DNA of 63,986 nt, counting the filler, from Octopus bimaculoides (taxonomy: Eukaryota): NCBI RefSeq assembly GCF_001194135.2. It is 9 parts of 9 records of this genome, joined end to end, with 100 filler letters (N's around TTAATTAATTAA, not from the genome) between each part and the next. Parts side by side here need not be neighbours in the genome. Positions count along the whole stretch, not along the records: positions 40,612 to 56,168 come from NC_068996.1; positions 56,269 to 59,534 come from NC_069006.1; positions 59,635 to 61,621 come from NW_026423856.1; positions 61,722 to 63,986 come from NC_068999.1; 5 more parts are not named here. One strand, 5' to 3'. The notes below the pieces were generated by a model that ran no database searches, was not told the DNA's origin, and saw only the letters and a list, made by a program, of their open reading frames with translations. The translations under genes and the position numbers were made by a program. Within the stretch, counting starts at the first letter, position 1; every line of letters starts with the position of its first letter. This document shows positions 52,885-63,338 of this stretch, piece by piece.

Positions 52885-53195
52885 AAGTATTAGTTGAACA
52901 TTGGGGTCGTTGTAATCGACTTACCCCCTTGTGCCAAAATTTGAAATCAATATTATCCTCGGTGTTAGGCGATGAGCTGGCAGAGTCGTTAGCCCGTTGG
53001 GCACAATGCTTAGCGGCATTTTATCCGTTTTTTACGTTCAGAGTTCAAATTCCGCTGAGGTCGACTTTGCCTTTCTTTCCTTCAGGGTCGATAAAATAAG
53101 TACCAGTTGAGGACTGGGCCTGGGGGTCGATGTAATCGATTTAACCCTTGACTTAAAACTGGTGGCCTAGTGCCAAAATTTGAAACCAACATTAT
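52885..53195 (+). mobile_element. SINE family C (3' fragment plus full copy 52966-53195)
   Basis: taggcgatgagctggcagagtcgttagc...gagttcaaattccgctgaggtcgactttgcctttc...gtgccaaaatttgaaacc. Confidence 0.85.
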
Positions 53196-53253
53196 TCTCA
53201 GTCTTTTAGGACCCTGTGGTAAACGGAAAAAGCATTATTGTGTATGTTTTTTC

Positions 53254-53297
<44 letters not shown>

Positions 53298-54004
53298 CGT
53301 TTCCTTCTCAAATCTCTCCATCATTTCTGGAATCAACATAACAACAAAAGGTTTAAGAAATCGAGGGATTTGCTGCTTTTATTAGAACAAATAATTCGCA
53401 GAAAATTTTGTGACAACAGTCACGAGTCTGATAGCGCTTGTGCCCTACTATATAAATATATTGTTAAACAGTTTAATTAGTCACAAAACAAACAAGCGAA
53501 ATGTTCATGTCAACTACTTACATGGGTCACGATGACGGATATGCCACACATCCGGTTAATTATACGATTAGGGTAAAAGTGGCATTTTTTTTCTCCATCA
53601 TTATCTCTTTCAAAGTTAATCATATGTGTTGTCGCCTCCCTTCATATGTATAATGTTGGGTTTTGTATCCACATCTGCGTTTAAAGTCTCTTAACGGTGT
53701 ATGTTTGTTCATTTTGCCCGATACGTTGCTGTTGATTCTTAATTTAATCCTGTTTCAGCTGTGATAACCGGCGCGCGCGTGCACACACATACACTCACTC
53801 ACACATATATACAAACATGTATATATATAAATGTTTGTATATATACCCGTATATATACATACTCATACACACATACGAACGTATATGTGCATGTGTGTGT
53901 GTAAATATATGTTTATATATGTGTGTATATGTACATCTATATTTTTATATATATACATATATATGTGTGTGTGTGTGTGTACATCTCTATCTATATACAT
54001 ATAC

Positions 54005-54188
54005 ATATTTATATAAGGGCATTACTACAGAATAATGCCACACACTAGACTTCCAAAATAAACACATTTTTACCGAATGCGAGGAAAAGCAACTCTTAAA
54101 AAAACCAACCTTTTTTTTTTTAAAAATGTGTTTATTTTGGAAGTCTAGTGTGTGGCATTATTCTGTAGTAATGCCCTTATATAAATAT
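54005..54188. repeat. Perfect inverted repeat: 68-bp arms, 48-bp spacer
   Basis: 54005-54072 is the exact reverse complement of 54121-54188. Confidence 0.95.
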
Positions 54189-54322
54189 AAATGAACAATT
54201 ATATTCTTGGGAATAAAAAAATGATGTTTTTTCCCTTATGAATTTTTTACACACTAGCTTCCTGATAAAATTCTTGTAAAAATTTTTTATCCCATTATTG
54301 AATTAATTAAATATATACACAT

Positions 54323-54354
<32 letters not shown>

Positions 54355-54417
54355 GTATAATGCATATGCTTGTATATATACATATACACATACATATTCA
54401 CGTGTATGTATATGTAA

Positions 54418-54451
<34 letters not shown>

Positions 54452-55215
54452 GTGTGTGTGTGCGTGTGTGTGTGTATGAGTGTGTATATACGTGTGTGTA
54501 TGTGTGTGCGTGTGTGTGTATCTATATACATATACATGCATATGTTTATGATAGATATATATATTATATACGTACATGCATATACATACATGTATATATG
54601 CTATACAGGCAAATATGTAAGTGTATGTATATGTCTTGTATAAAGGGATGGTTGTGCACATATGGGTTGCGCTTGCGCGCTCGCATGTATGTGTAGTTCT
54701 GTACGTAAAATCAAGATAGCTCCAACTTCCCTAGTCTTCCCTAACGTCGCGAAGTGGAGAGCTGTAATGATGTACAGGAAACCCCAGAATATGTATGTCA
54801 ATACATGCTGGTGCCACTACGGGAGCAGGATGCAAGTGAAATGGCACCCGACCCCACAGTCGCTGAAAGTTTCACAATGATACTCACAGGAGGGTAGAGT
54901 TTCGTTTCCTCTCCTTTTTTCCGACAGTGTGAAATGGTAAGATACAAAGGAAAAGAAAGTCGTGGTTGACAAAGAAGAACAAGAACTATGGAGCTAGTAT
55001 CCTGGATCGAGTGGAAACCGCTCCAAGACGAAATATCACGTAGGCAGGGCCTGTGAGAACTCAACCCTTTTCGTATCTCCTTCCTGCTATGAACCATCTG
55101 TGACACACATCCAATGCCTTCAGACTTGCGCAGATGGAGCTTGAAAAATGACCAGCTGAGTAAGCTTTACGAGAAGAGGGAGAAAGTGAGAGAGAAAAAG
55201 AAAGAGAGAGAAACG

Positions 55216-55253
<38 letters not shown>

Positions 55254-55730
55254 CATACAGACAGACAAACAGGCAGGCAGACAGACAGGCAGGCAGACAA
55301 ACAGTCACCCTGGCATACAGCATGCCAGGCGGTAAAACAACACTTGCCTAAGAGAGAAACAAGTGGTCCGTGACAAGGCGCTTGCGATACTCGTTCACAC
55401 TCTGGAACAAGACATGCAAGGCTCATTAACTCGTAAGGTGTTAACGTTCTGGTTTGTAACATCAATGACTGGTAGACGCAGCCTAGAGACATCAATTCTT
55501 CCTGGTCATAGCCAATGGTGAATGATGAAGTTTGTTCTTTTAGGTGTAATTAATTGCTATGTATGTCTTTATGCATGTGCGTATGTCTATTTTCACATAC
55601 TTTCACTCACACACATATGCACACATACACACACACACACACTTGTGCTACTCTGTTGCTTCTGCTTCACATTAATTATATATGTGTGTGTGTGTACATA
55701 TATGCATATATACATATACATACACACACA

Positions 55731-55942
55731 TATGAGTGGGTGTTGAAAAGTACCTGGCTTTGGGTAAAAGAAAATACAGGAGGATCAGTTAATTATGATT
55801 TTATTCAAAATATTCCTCCCTCACATTCACACATTTACTGCATTGGTCCTTCAGTTGTTATAAAAGTACTCTGAAGTTTAGGCCTCCACCCAGGCCTTTC
55901 ACAAAACCCTTAAGGCCAGAAACTTTTCAGAACTACTTCGTA
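55731..55942 (+). mobile_element. Mariner-type MITE (same family as 6915-7120)
   Basis: TAtgagtgggtgttgaaaagtacctggcttt...ggccagaaacttttcagaactacttcgTA. Confidence 0.75.
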
Positions 55943-56008
55943 TATGCGCAAGCATGACCATGTGGTAAGACGTTCGTGGCAAATATAAGAATAGTCTTAT
56001 ATATATAT

Positions 56009-56168
56009 ATGGCTGTATGGTAAGTAGCTTGCTTACCAACCACATGGTTCCGGGTTCAGCCCCACTGCGTGGCACCTTGGGCAAGTGTCTTTTATTATAG
56101 CCTCGGGCCAACCAAAGCTTTGTGAGTGGATTTGGTAGACGGAAACTGAAAGAAGCCCGTCGTATATT
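56009..56168 (+). mobile_element. SINE family A, 5' half (runs into gap)
   Basis: tggctgtatggtaagtagcttgcttaccaaccacatggttccgggttcagcccc...gaaagaagcccgtcg. Confidence 0.85.
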
Positions 56169-56741
56169 NNNNNNNNNNNNNNNNNNNNNNNNNNNNNNNN
56201 NNNNNNNNNNNNTTAATTAATTAANNNNNNNNNNNNNNNNNNNNNNNNNNNNNNNNNNNNNNNNNNNNATATATATATATATATGTATACACACATACAC
56301 CCACACACACACACACGCACATTATAAGCCTAGAATTGCTTCTCTGACAGATGTGTGTGTGTATATGCGTGTGCGTTCGTGTGTGTGTGTTTGTACACGT
56401 GTATGTGTACGTTAGTGTACGTGTGTGTGTGCGTGTGTGTGCGTGTCGCAATAACAAAACCTTATATTTGTTTGTCTTTAATTCCCGGATATCCTGTATT
56501 GCCTGGCAAACCCCGCTTATTTCTTTTCACTCCCCCTCTCTCTGTCTGTCTCTCTCTCTCTCTCTCCTTTTCTCTCTCTCTCTCTCTCTCTGTCTTTGTT
56601 TTATCTTTGGTCTATACGACATTTATGTGTATATTCCTACGTGTGTGTACGTATATGTGCAGTTATCTCTCTGCCTGTGCGTGGTTGTACGTGTGTGTTA
56701 GGGTTATCGTTCTTCATCTCCGATGTAGTATGTTGTCCTGC

Positions 56742-56776
<35 letters not shown>

Positions 56777-56884
56777 TGAAGCCCGCGCCTGCCTGTGCGC
56801 GTGTGTCTGTGTGTGAGCGAGGATAAGTTACAGTGTTGGTCCACATCTACAGAACAGCCAACAAGAGTTCATTAGCTTTCACTT

Positions 56885-56946
<62 letters not shown>

Positions 56947-57368
56947 NNNNNNNNNNNNNNNNNNNNNNNNNNNNNNNNNNNNNNNNNNNNNNNNNNNNNN
57001 NNNNNNNNNNNNNNNNNNNNNNNNNNNNNNNNNNNNNNNNNNNNNNNNNNNNNNNNNNNNNNNNNNNNNNNNNNNNNNNNNNNNNNNNNNNNNNNNNNNN
57101 NNNNNNNNNNNNNNNNNNNNNNNNNNNNNNNNNNNNNNNNNNNNNNNNNNNNNNNNNNNNNNNNNNNNNNNNNNNNNNNNNNNNNNNNNNNNNNNNNNNN
57201 NNNNNNNNNNNNNNNNNNNNNNNNNNNNNNNNNNNNNNNNNNNNNNNNNNNNNNNNNNNNNNNNNNNNNNNNNNNNNNNNNNNNNNNNNNNNNNNNNNNN
57301 NNNNNNNNNNNNNNNNNNNNNNNNNNNNNNNNNNNNNNNNNNNNNNNNNNNNNNNNNNNNNNNNNNNG

Positions 57369-57590
57369 GTGTGGTAGTGGAGGGTCGGTGGTGGGGTGAT
57401 CGTGGAGATCATGATAGTCGCGGTTATGGTCGTGACGATGATGGTGATGGTGGTGATGGTGGTGATGGTGGTGAGGTTGGAGGAGGATACGGTGTTGGTG
57501 GTGGTGGTGGTATGGTGGAGGGATCGGATGGGAGTAGTGATGGAGGAGATCATGATGATAGTGGTGGTGTCGGATGGCGGTGATGGTAGG
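57369..57590 (+). repeat. Degenerate (GGT/GAT)n purine-rich microsatellite
   Basis: Direct reading. Confidence 0.8.
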
Positions 57591-57599
57591 ATACGGTTT

Positions 57600-58060
57600 T
57601 TGGTGCACCATGTAAACGCTTCAATCACCCGAAAGTCATGGAAGGATTTCACTCAAGACAGATCTGCATGGAAGGAAGAGGTGAACGTCAGGGGCTGAAG
57701 CGCTTTAGAATGGTTGAGGATCTCTTAGAGCAATGGCCCTACAACCCCTTTTCACTTGCGGTATACTTATGTTCTTGTCAAAAGTATAGGGGAAAATACT
57801 ATATACACGTTACACTGCAGCACACCTAGCATCGTCTCGCGGTGCCTCAGTGTTTCACGACACACCGGTTGCGGAGCGCTGCTGTAGAGCAGAGAACGAA
57901 ATGGTGACTTGTGCGAATCACGCAAGAAGCGTGGCACAAGTAAGTTCCCCCCTCCGGTGGGTTGGTGTCTGTGAGGAATATGTCTCCAACAGAATTGGCT
58001 GCCTTGGTCAGAGAAGAATGTGTTGGTGAGGTATCGTAATCTGTTTACATCTGTCGCTGC
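57600..58060 (+). mobile_element. RTE-type LINE 3' fragment (decayed)
   Basis: SWKDFTQDRSAWKEEV matches the RTE W..LA.DR..WR motif, and VCEEYVSNRIGCLGQRRMC resembles the terminal CxxC..SRIGLxSHxRxC. Confidence 0.5.
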
Positions 58061-58067
58061 TCTTAGG

Positions 58068-58105
<38 letters not shown>

Positions 58106-58154
58106 TACAAACAGGCAGGCAGGCGGGCAGGCAGGTAGACGGACGGACAAACTT

Positions 58155-58247
58155 TTCTACTCTAGGCACAAGTACCGAAATTTTGGGGGAGGGGGGGGTC
58201 CAATCGATTAGATCGACCCCAGTGCGTAACTGGTACTTAATTTATCG
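58155..58247 (-). mobile_element. SINE family C 3' end (runs into gap)
   Basis: ctaggcacaag..gaaattttgggggagggg..tcgattagatcgaccccagt..actggtacttaatttatcg. Confidence 0.75.
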
Positions 58248-58893
58248 NNNNNNNNNNNNNNNNNNNNNNNNNNNNNNNNNNNNNNNNNNNNNNNNNNNNN
58301 NNNNNNNNNNNNNNNNNNNNNNNNNNNNNNNNNNNNNNNNNNNNNNNNNNNNNNNNNNNNNNNNNNNNNNNNNNNNNNNNNNNNNNNNNNNNNNNNNNNN
58401 NNNNNNNNNNNNNNNNNNNNNNNNNNNNNNNNNNNNNNNNNNNNNNNNNNNNNNNNNNNNNNNNNNNNNNNNNNNNNNNNNNNNNNNNNNNNNNNNNNNN
58501 NNNNNNNNNNNNNNNNNNNNNNNNNNNNNNNNNNNNNNNNNNNNNNNNNNNNNNNNNNNNNNNNNNNNNNNNNNNNNNNNNNNNNNNNNNNNNNNNNNNN
58601 NNNNNNNNNNNNNNNNNNNNNNNNNNNNNNNNNNNNNNNNNNNNNNNNNNNNNNNNNNNNNNNNNNNNNNNNNNNNNNNNNNNNNNNNNNNNNNNNNNNN
58701 NNNNNNNNNNNNNNNNNNNNNNNNNNNNNNNNNNNNNNNNNNNNNNNNNNNNNNNNNNNNNNNNNNNNNNNNNNNNNNNNNNNNNNNNNNNNNNNNNNNN
58801 NNNNNNNNNNNNNNNNNNNNNNNNNNNNNNNNNNNNNNNNNNNNNNNNNNNNNNNNNNNNNNNNNNNNNNNNNNNNNNNNNNNNNNNNNNNNN

Positions 58894-58952
<59 letters not shown>

Positions 58953-59659
58953 GAGAGAGAGAAGGATAAACAGCGACAGAGTTTCCATGGCAACCAGATA
59001 TTGTTTAATCAAATTATTTGGCTCCACTGGTCACTGGTTCGCGCCTTATCACTTCTACCATATGTTAAGGAACTGCGAACATTTGTTTTAGCACTTGTGA
59101 AAACAATAACACCCAGGTATACACAACATACCCCGAACAACGTATGTGTGCGCGTTATTGTGTGTATGAATACACACACACACATACATATATAAAACAT
59201 ATGTACATACATACATGCATACATACAGGCATCATATACATACGTAGCTATACTCCAACATACCCATGTATATAATGTGTGATTCCAGTGTGTCTCTGTG
59301 TATATGTATATGTATATATGCGTGCTAGTATGAACACATATATGTGTATTATATAAATAATTATATATGTACACAGGATAAGATGTATATGCATTTGTGG
59401 GCTTATAAATACACACATATATGCGGATGTATATTTGAAACACAAGCACAGTCACACACGCACACGCGCGCACACACACACACACATATAATATACTATT
59501 GTATGTAAGTATAGTAAATATATATATATATATANNNNNNNNNNNNNNNNNNNNNNNNNNNNNNNNNNNNNNNNNNNNTTAATTAATTAANNNNNNNNNN
59601 NNNNNNNNNNNNNNNNNNNNNNNNNNNNNNNNNNGAGAAAAAGAAAAAATGCAATTGCT

Positions 59660-59732
59660 TGGAGAATCCAGGAATCGAACCCGGTACCTCTCGCATGCAA
59701 AGGAAGCGCTCTAACAACTGAGCGAATTCCAC
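59660..59732 (-). pseudogene. tRNA-Ala(TGC) degenerate copy
   Basis: T2:C71 mismatch, D-loop GG to GT, anticodon-stem mismatches. Anticodon TGC retained. Confidence 0.7.
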
Positions 59733-59819
59733 AACATAGGAGAAAAGTTCGTCGATTTTCACTTTAGAATAAGTGAGCCGAACCAATAGAGAGCGAGAAA
59801 AAGAAAAAATGCAATTGTC

Positions 59820-59892
59820 TGGAGAATCCGGGTATCGATCCCGGTACCTCTCGCATGCAAAGCGAGCGCTCTACCAAATGAGCTAATTCCCC
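59820..59892 (-). tRNA. tRNA-Ala-TGC: tRNA-Ala(TGC), fully paired cloverleaf
   Basis: GGGGAATTAGCTCATTTGGTAGAGCGCTCGCTTTGCATGCGAGAGGTACCGGGATCGATACCCGGATTCTCCA. All stems pair; G3:U70, A73, downstream oligo-T terminator. Confidence 0.92.
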
Positions 59893-59980
59893 AGTCTTGG
59901 AAAAAAAAAGCCCTTAATTTTCACTTTAGTATAAGGGAGGTGAACCGAGGGAGAAAGAAAAAGAAAAAAATGCGATTGCC

Positions 59981-60040
59981 TGGAGAATCCGGTACCTCGC
60001 GCATGCAAAGGAAGCGCTCTAACAACTGAGCGAATTCGAC
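59981..60040 (-). pseudogene. tRNA-Ala(TGC) pseudogene with 13-nt T-arm deletion
   Basis: 60 nt. The sequence between the two CCGG repeats of the T stem is lost, and the 5' acceptor strand is degenerate. Confidence 0.85.
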
Positions 60041-60123
60041 AACATATGAAAAATGCTCGCTCATTTTCACTTTAGTATAAGTGACATGAATTGGGAGAGA
60101 GAAAAAGAAAAAATGGATGTGCT

Positions 60124-60196
60124 TGGAGAGTCCGGGTATCGATCTCGGTGCCTCTCGCATGCAAAGCGAGCGATCTACCAACTGAGCTAATTCCCC
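60124..60196 (-). tRNA. tRNA-Ala-TGC: tRNA-Ala(TGC) variant, single mismatches in acceptor, D and T stems
   Basis: G3:U70 retained; 3 stem mismatches. Confidence 0.6.
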
Positions 60197-60286
60197 AACC
60201 TTGGAGAAAAAGCTGGCCGATTTTCACTTTAGAATAAGTGAGCCGAACCAAGAGAGAGAGCGAGAAAAAGAAAAAATACAATTGTC

Positions 60287-60359
60287 TGGAGAATCCGGGT
60301 ATCGATCCCGGTACCTCTCTCATGCAAATCGAGCGCTCTACCAGCTGAGCGAATTCCCC
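60287..60359 (-). tRNA. tRNA-Ala-TGC: tRNA-Ala(TGC) variant with anticodon-stem mismatches
   Basis: Acceptor and T stems intact with G3:U70; A9 to C; anticodon stem CTCGA/GAGAG. Confidence 0.55.
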
Positions 60360-60444
60360 AACAATCGAAAATAACTAGCTGATTTTCACGTTAGTATAAT
60401 TGAGCTGAACCGAGAGAGCGAGAAAAAGAAAAAATGCAATTGCT

Positions 60445-60517
60445 TGGAGAATCCGGGTATCGAAACCGGTACATCTCGCATGCAAAGGGAGCGCTCTACC
60501 AACTGAGATAATTTTCC
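60445..60517 (-). pseudogene. tRNA-Ala(TGC)-like copy, A3:U70, several mismatches
   Basis: 5' end GGAAAAT; mismatches in the D, anticodon and T stems. Confidence 0.65.
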
Positions 60518-60603
60518 AACTTTGCAAAAAAAGCTCGCAGATTTTCACTTTAGTATAAGTGACATGAAATGGGAGAGAGAGATAAATAAAAAATGCAATT
60601 GCT

Positions 60604-60676
60604 TGGAGAATACTGGTATCGATCCCGGTACCGCTCGCATGCAAAGGAAGCGGTCTACCAACTGAGCTAATTCTCC
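60604..60676 (-). pseudogene. tRNA-Ala(TGC)-like copy, A3:U70 (repeated identically at 60899-60971 by an assembly overlap)
   Basis: GGAGAAT/ATTCTCC acceptor fully Watson-Crick; mismatches in the other stems. Confidence 0.65.
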
Positions 60677-61059
60677 AACTTTTGAAAAAAAAAGCTCGGT
60701 GATTTTCACTTTAATATAAGTGAGGTGAACCGAGGGAGAGAGAAAAACAAAAAATGGATTAGCTTGGAGAATATGGGTATCGATCCCNNNNNNNNNNCTG
60801 AGATAATTTTCCAACTTTGCAAAAAAAGCTCGCAGATTTTCACTTTAGTATAAGTGACATGAAATGGGAGAGAGAGATAAATAAAAAATGCAATTGCTTG
60901 GAGAATACTGGTATCGATCCCGGTACCGCTCGCATGCAAAGGAAGCGGTCTACCAACTGAGCTAATTCTCCAACTTTTGAAAAAAAAAGCTCGGTGATTT
61001 TCACTTTAATATAAGTGAGGTGAACCGAGGGAGAGAGAAAAACAAAAAATGGATTAGCT

Positions 61060-61132
61060 TGGAGAATATGGGTATCGATCCCGGTACCTCTCGCATGCAA
61101 AGCGAGCGCTCTAACAACTGAGATAATTCTCC
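61060..61132 (-). pseudogene. tRNA-Ala(TGC)-like copy, A3:U70
   Basis: GGAGAAT acceptor; intact anticodon stem; D-loop GG to GT; T-stem mismatch. Confidence 0.6.
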
Positions 61133-61221
61133 ATCTTTGCAAAAAAAAAAGCTCGCTGATTTTCACTTTAGAATAAGTGACATGAAATGGGAGAGAGAGA
61201 TAAATAAAAAATGCAATTGCT

Positions 61222-61294
61222 TGGAGAATCCTGGTATCGATCCCGGTACCGCTCGCATGCAAAGCGAGCGATCTACCAACTGAGCTAATTCTCC
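61222..61294 (-). tRNA. tRNA-Ala(TGC)-like copy, A3:U70, near-intact cloverleaf
   Basis: Acceptor and anticodon stems pair fully; one D-stem and one T-stem mismatch. Confidence 0.5.
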
Positions 61295-61382
61295 AACTTT
61301 TGAAAAAAAAAGCTCGCTTATTTTCACTTTAATATAAGGGAGGTGAACCGAGGGAGAGAGAAAAACAAAAAATGGATTTGCT

Positions 61383-61455
61383 TGGAGAATCTGGGTATCG
61401 ATCCCGGTAGCTCTCGCATGCAAAGCGAGAGCTCTACCAACTGAGATAATTCACA
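61383..61455 (-). pseudogene. tRNA-Ala(TGC) degenerate copy
   Basis: 5' acceptor strand TGTGAAT is unpaired; anticodon retained. Confidence 0.65.
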
Positions 61456-61543
61456 AACTTTGCAAAAAAAAGCTCGCTGATTTTCAATTCAGAATAAAGT
61501 GAGTCGAACCAAGAGAGAGAGAAAAAGAAAAATTGCATTTGCC

Positions 61544-61616
61544 TGGAGAATCCGGGTATCGAACCCGGTACCTCTCGCATGCAAAGCGAGCGATCTACCA
61601 ACTGAGCTAATTCCCC
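61544..61616 (-). tRNA. tRNA-Ala-TGC: tRNA-Ala(TGC), near-perfect
   Basis: GGGGAATTAGCTCAGTTGGTAGATCGCTCGCTTTGCATGCGAGAGGTACCGGGTTCGATACCCGGATTCTCCA. G3:U70, canonical GTTCGA T loop, one D-stem mismatch. Confidence 0.85.
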
Positions 61617-61721
61617 AAACANNNNNNNNNNNNNNNNNNNNNNNNNNNNNNNNNNNNNNNNNNNNTTAATTAATTAANNNNNNNNNNNNNNNNNNNNNNN
61701 NNNNNNNNNNNNNNNNNNNNN

Positions 61722-61758
<37 letters not shown>

Positions 61759-61760
61759 GC

Positions 61761-61793
<33 letters not shown>

Positions 61794-62540
61794 CATGCAT
61801 ATACATATAGAAATATACATTTATATAATATACACACAAAAATATGTATATGCATACACACACACACACACATACACACACACATACACACACACACACA
61901 CACATACACACCCACATATACACACACACGCACACATACACACACACACATACACATACACACACATTTCTGTTGTTTAGTTCCAGGTGAACCGTCATCG
62001 ACCAGACAAATGATCAAAAGTTTTCTCAGCTGTGAATATTCCATCTTTAGTTCAAACTAAGTGTATCTAAGACTGCATTATCTTGTGTGCACATGATGGT
62101 TTTAACAAAGTAAGGTGTAAATAGAGGGGGATAAAAATTAGCTGCTATTTTTACTAGATCAAGCTGCCGCAATGATACACACTCGTTAGCTTGGTATATT
62201 CAATCTTTCTCTGGTTCCAGCCCTTGATTTTGCCGAGGCATAAATTTTACGTATGAGTCATAATAAACGTTATTGACGTTTTTATTCCATTGAAACAGCT
62301 GTCGAGAACAGATTACGAACCATAGATGAAAAATGTGCGCTTCTCTGCGTTTCAAATATGTCGCTCTCAACTATCGCTTTAGGTGATTCTGTATATACAT
62401 ACAAGTTTATTTCATCCACATTTATTACACTTGAATAACATGTTAGAATTTAATGATGAGTTGAGGTCTCAAGTACTGTGGGTATATGTTTATGGAGCTT
62501 ATACCTCAACTCAATGTAATATGATATAATATATATATAC

Positions 62541-62990
62541 TCCAGCAATTTAATCTAACATATCTTCTGCTCCCTCTGTCACTCCCTGTACGTTGGTCAA
62601 ACTGGCCGGCGCTTTGCCGAATGTCTCTAGGACATCAGACTCGGCAATGACGCTCTCGCGTCACTTCTGCTCTAGTGGTTATTCCCTGCAAACAAATCTT
62701 GCACAGAGGCCACACAGGCTCCCGCCTCCGTCGAGAGCAGGAATTTATTTCTTCCCTCTGTTCGTCAGTCCCTGATGATCTCAATTCTCCAACTTTCTTC
62801 TAATCCAACCCCCGTACACATTTAAACACACCTCCCACATTCCACTGCCTCACCTCCTCCACCCTCACACCTTTGCACTCCCAAGCGAGTTTCTTAACTA
62901 GTTTAGGAAAAAGAAGGATTTGACTGGAATGAGATCGTGTGTCGTTACTGAACCAATTGCGTCGTAGAAGAATCGGGAAACATATTTTTG
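62541..62990 (+). mobile_element. Penelope-like element 3' end: GIY-YIG endonuclease remnant plus 3' UTR
   Basis: SSNLI*HIFCSLCHSLYVGQTGRRFAE, SRHFCSSGYSL and RREQEFISSLCSSVPDDLNSP match the PLE GIY-YIG signature (LIYxIxCxxC..LYVGQT..HF..REQxxI..L...GLN). Confidence 0.8.
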
Positions 62991-63042
62991 AAAATATGCA
63001 CATCACCACTCTATTTTATATTCACTTTTGTTTTATGTGACC

Positions 63043-63094
<52 letters not shown>

Positions 63095-63307
63095 CATTAC
63101 GGAAGAGCTACTAATAGTTTCATGCCTTAAGATGCATTAAATTGACAGATTTATATAACATGCTACGTATATCCAAGCAATATATATAAAGCATCAAAGT
63201 CTTTCGTCTGACATCGTACGACCTGAACACTGGATGTTCACTCTCTCTCTCTTAATCATATAAATACGCAAATACCCACACATACTGAAACAAGCGGACG
63301 CACAAAT

Positions 63308-63338
<31 letters not shown>

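Larger units (their letters stand above)
59635..61621 (-). repeat. Tandem array of tRNA-Ala(TGC) genes, ~160-bp period, gaps on both sides
   Basis: 13 units as assembled, 11 distinct complete genes after removing a contig-overlap duplicate and a gap-split chimera. Each gene is followed by an oligo-T tract about 10 nt downstream on the coding strand. Confidence 0.97.

Noticed and set aside
52377-52886. (MARGRTNK)n repeat protein ORF and opposite-strand (LFVRPLAI)n ORF
   Set aside because: These are a by-product of a stop-free 24-bp minisatellite spanning a gap. No independent coding signal.
54690-55500. GC-richer island that could be an exon or LINE fragment
   Set aside because: All frames are interrupted and no motif was recognised with confidence.
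708-59091. Long ORFs of 200-430 aa in the ORF track
   Set aside because: They consist of X from N gaps plus microsatellite translations ([16 protein letters not shown]). No coding evidence.
60503-61082. Exact 285-bp duplication (60503-60787 = 60798-61082) in the tRNA array
   Set aside because: It is 100% identical and separated by a 10-N gap, while neighbouring units are diverged. This is most likely an unmerged contig overlap, so the duplicate and the chimeric copy at 60765-60812 were not counted.
59635-61621. CRISPR-like regular repeat-spacer appearance
   Set aside because: The repeats are tRNA genes, the spacers are homologous to one another, the context is eukaryotic and there are no cas genes.
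2194-61677. Identical TTAATTAATTAA 12-mers at 2194, 8082, 11534, 22999, 40556, 56213, 59579 and 61666
   Set aside because: Each is centred in a fixed-length N run, so this is an artificial scaffold linker with stops in all frames, not biology.
62772-62778. CTGATGA inside the PLE remnant
   Set aside because: It falls in the endonuclease coding tail (VPDDLN) with no downstream helix II-GAAA, so it is coincidental.
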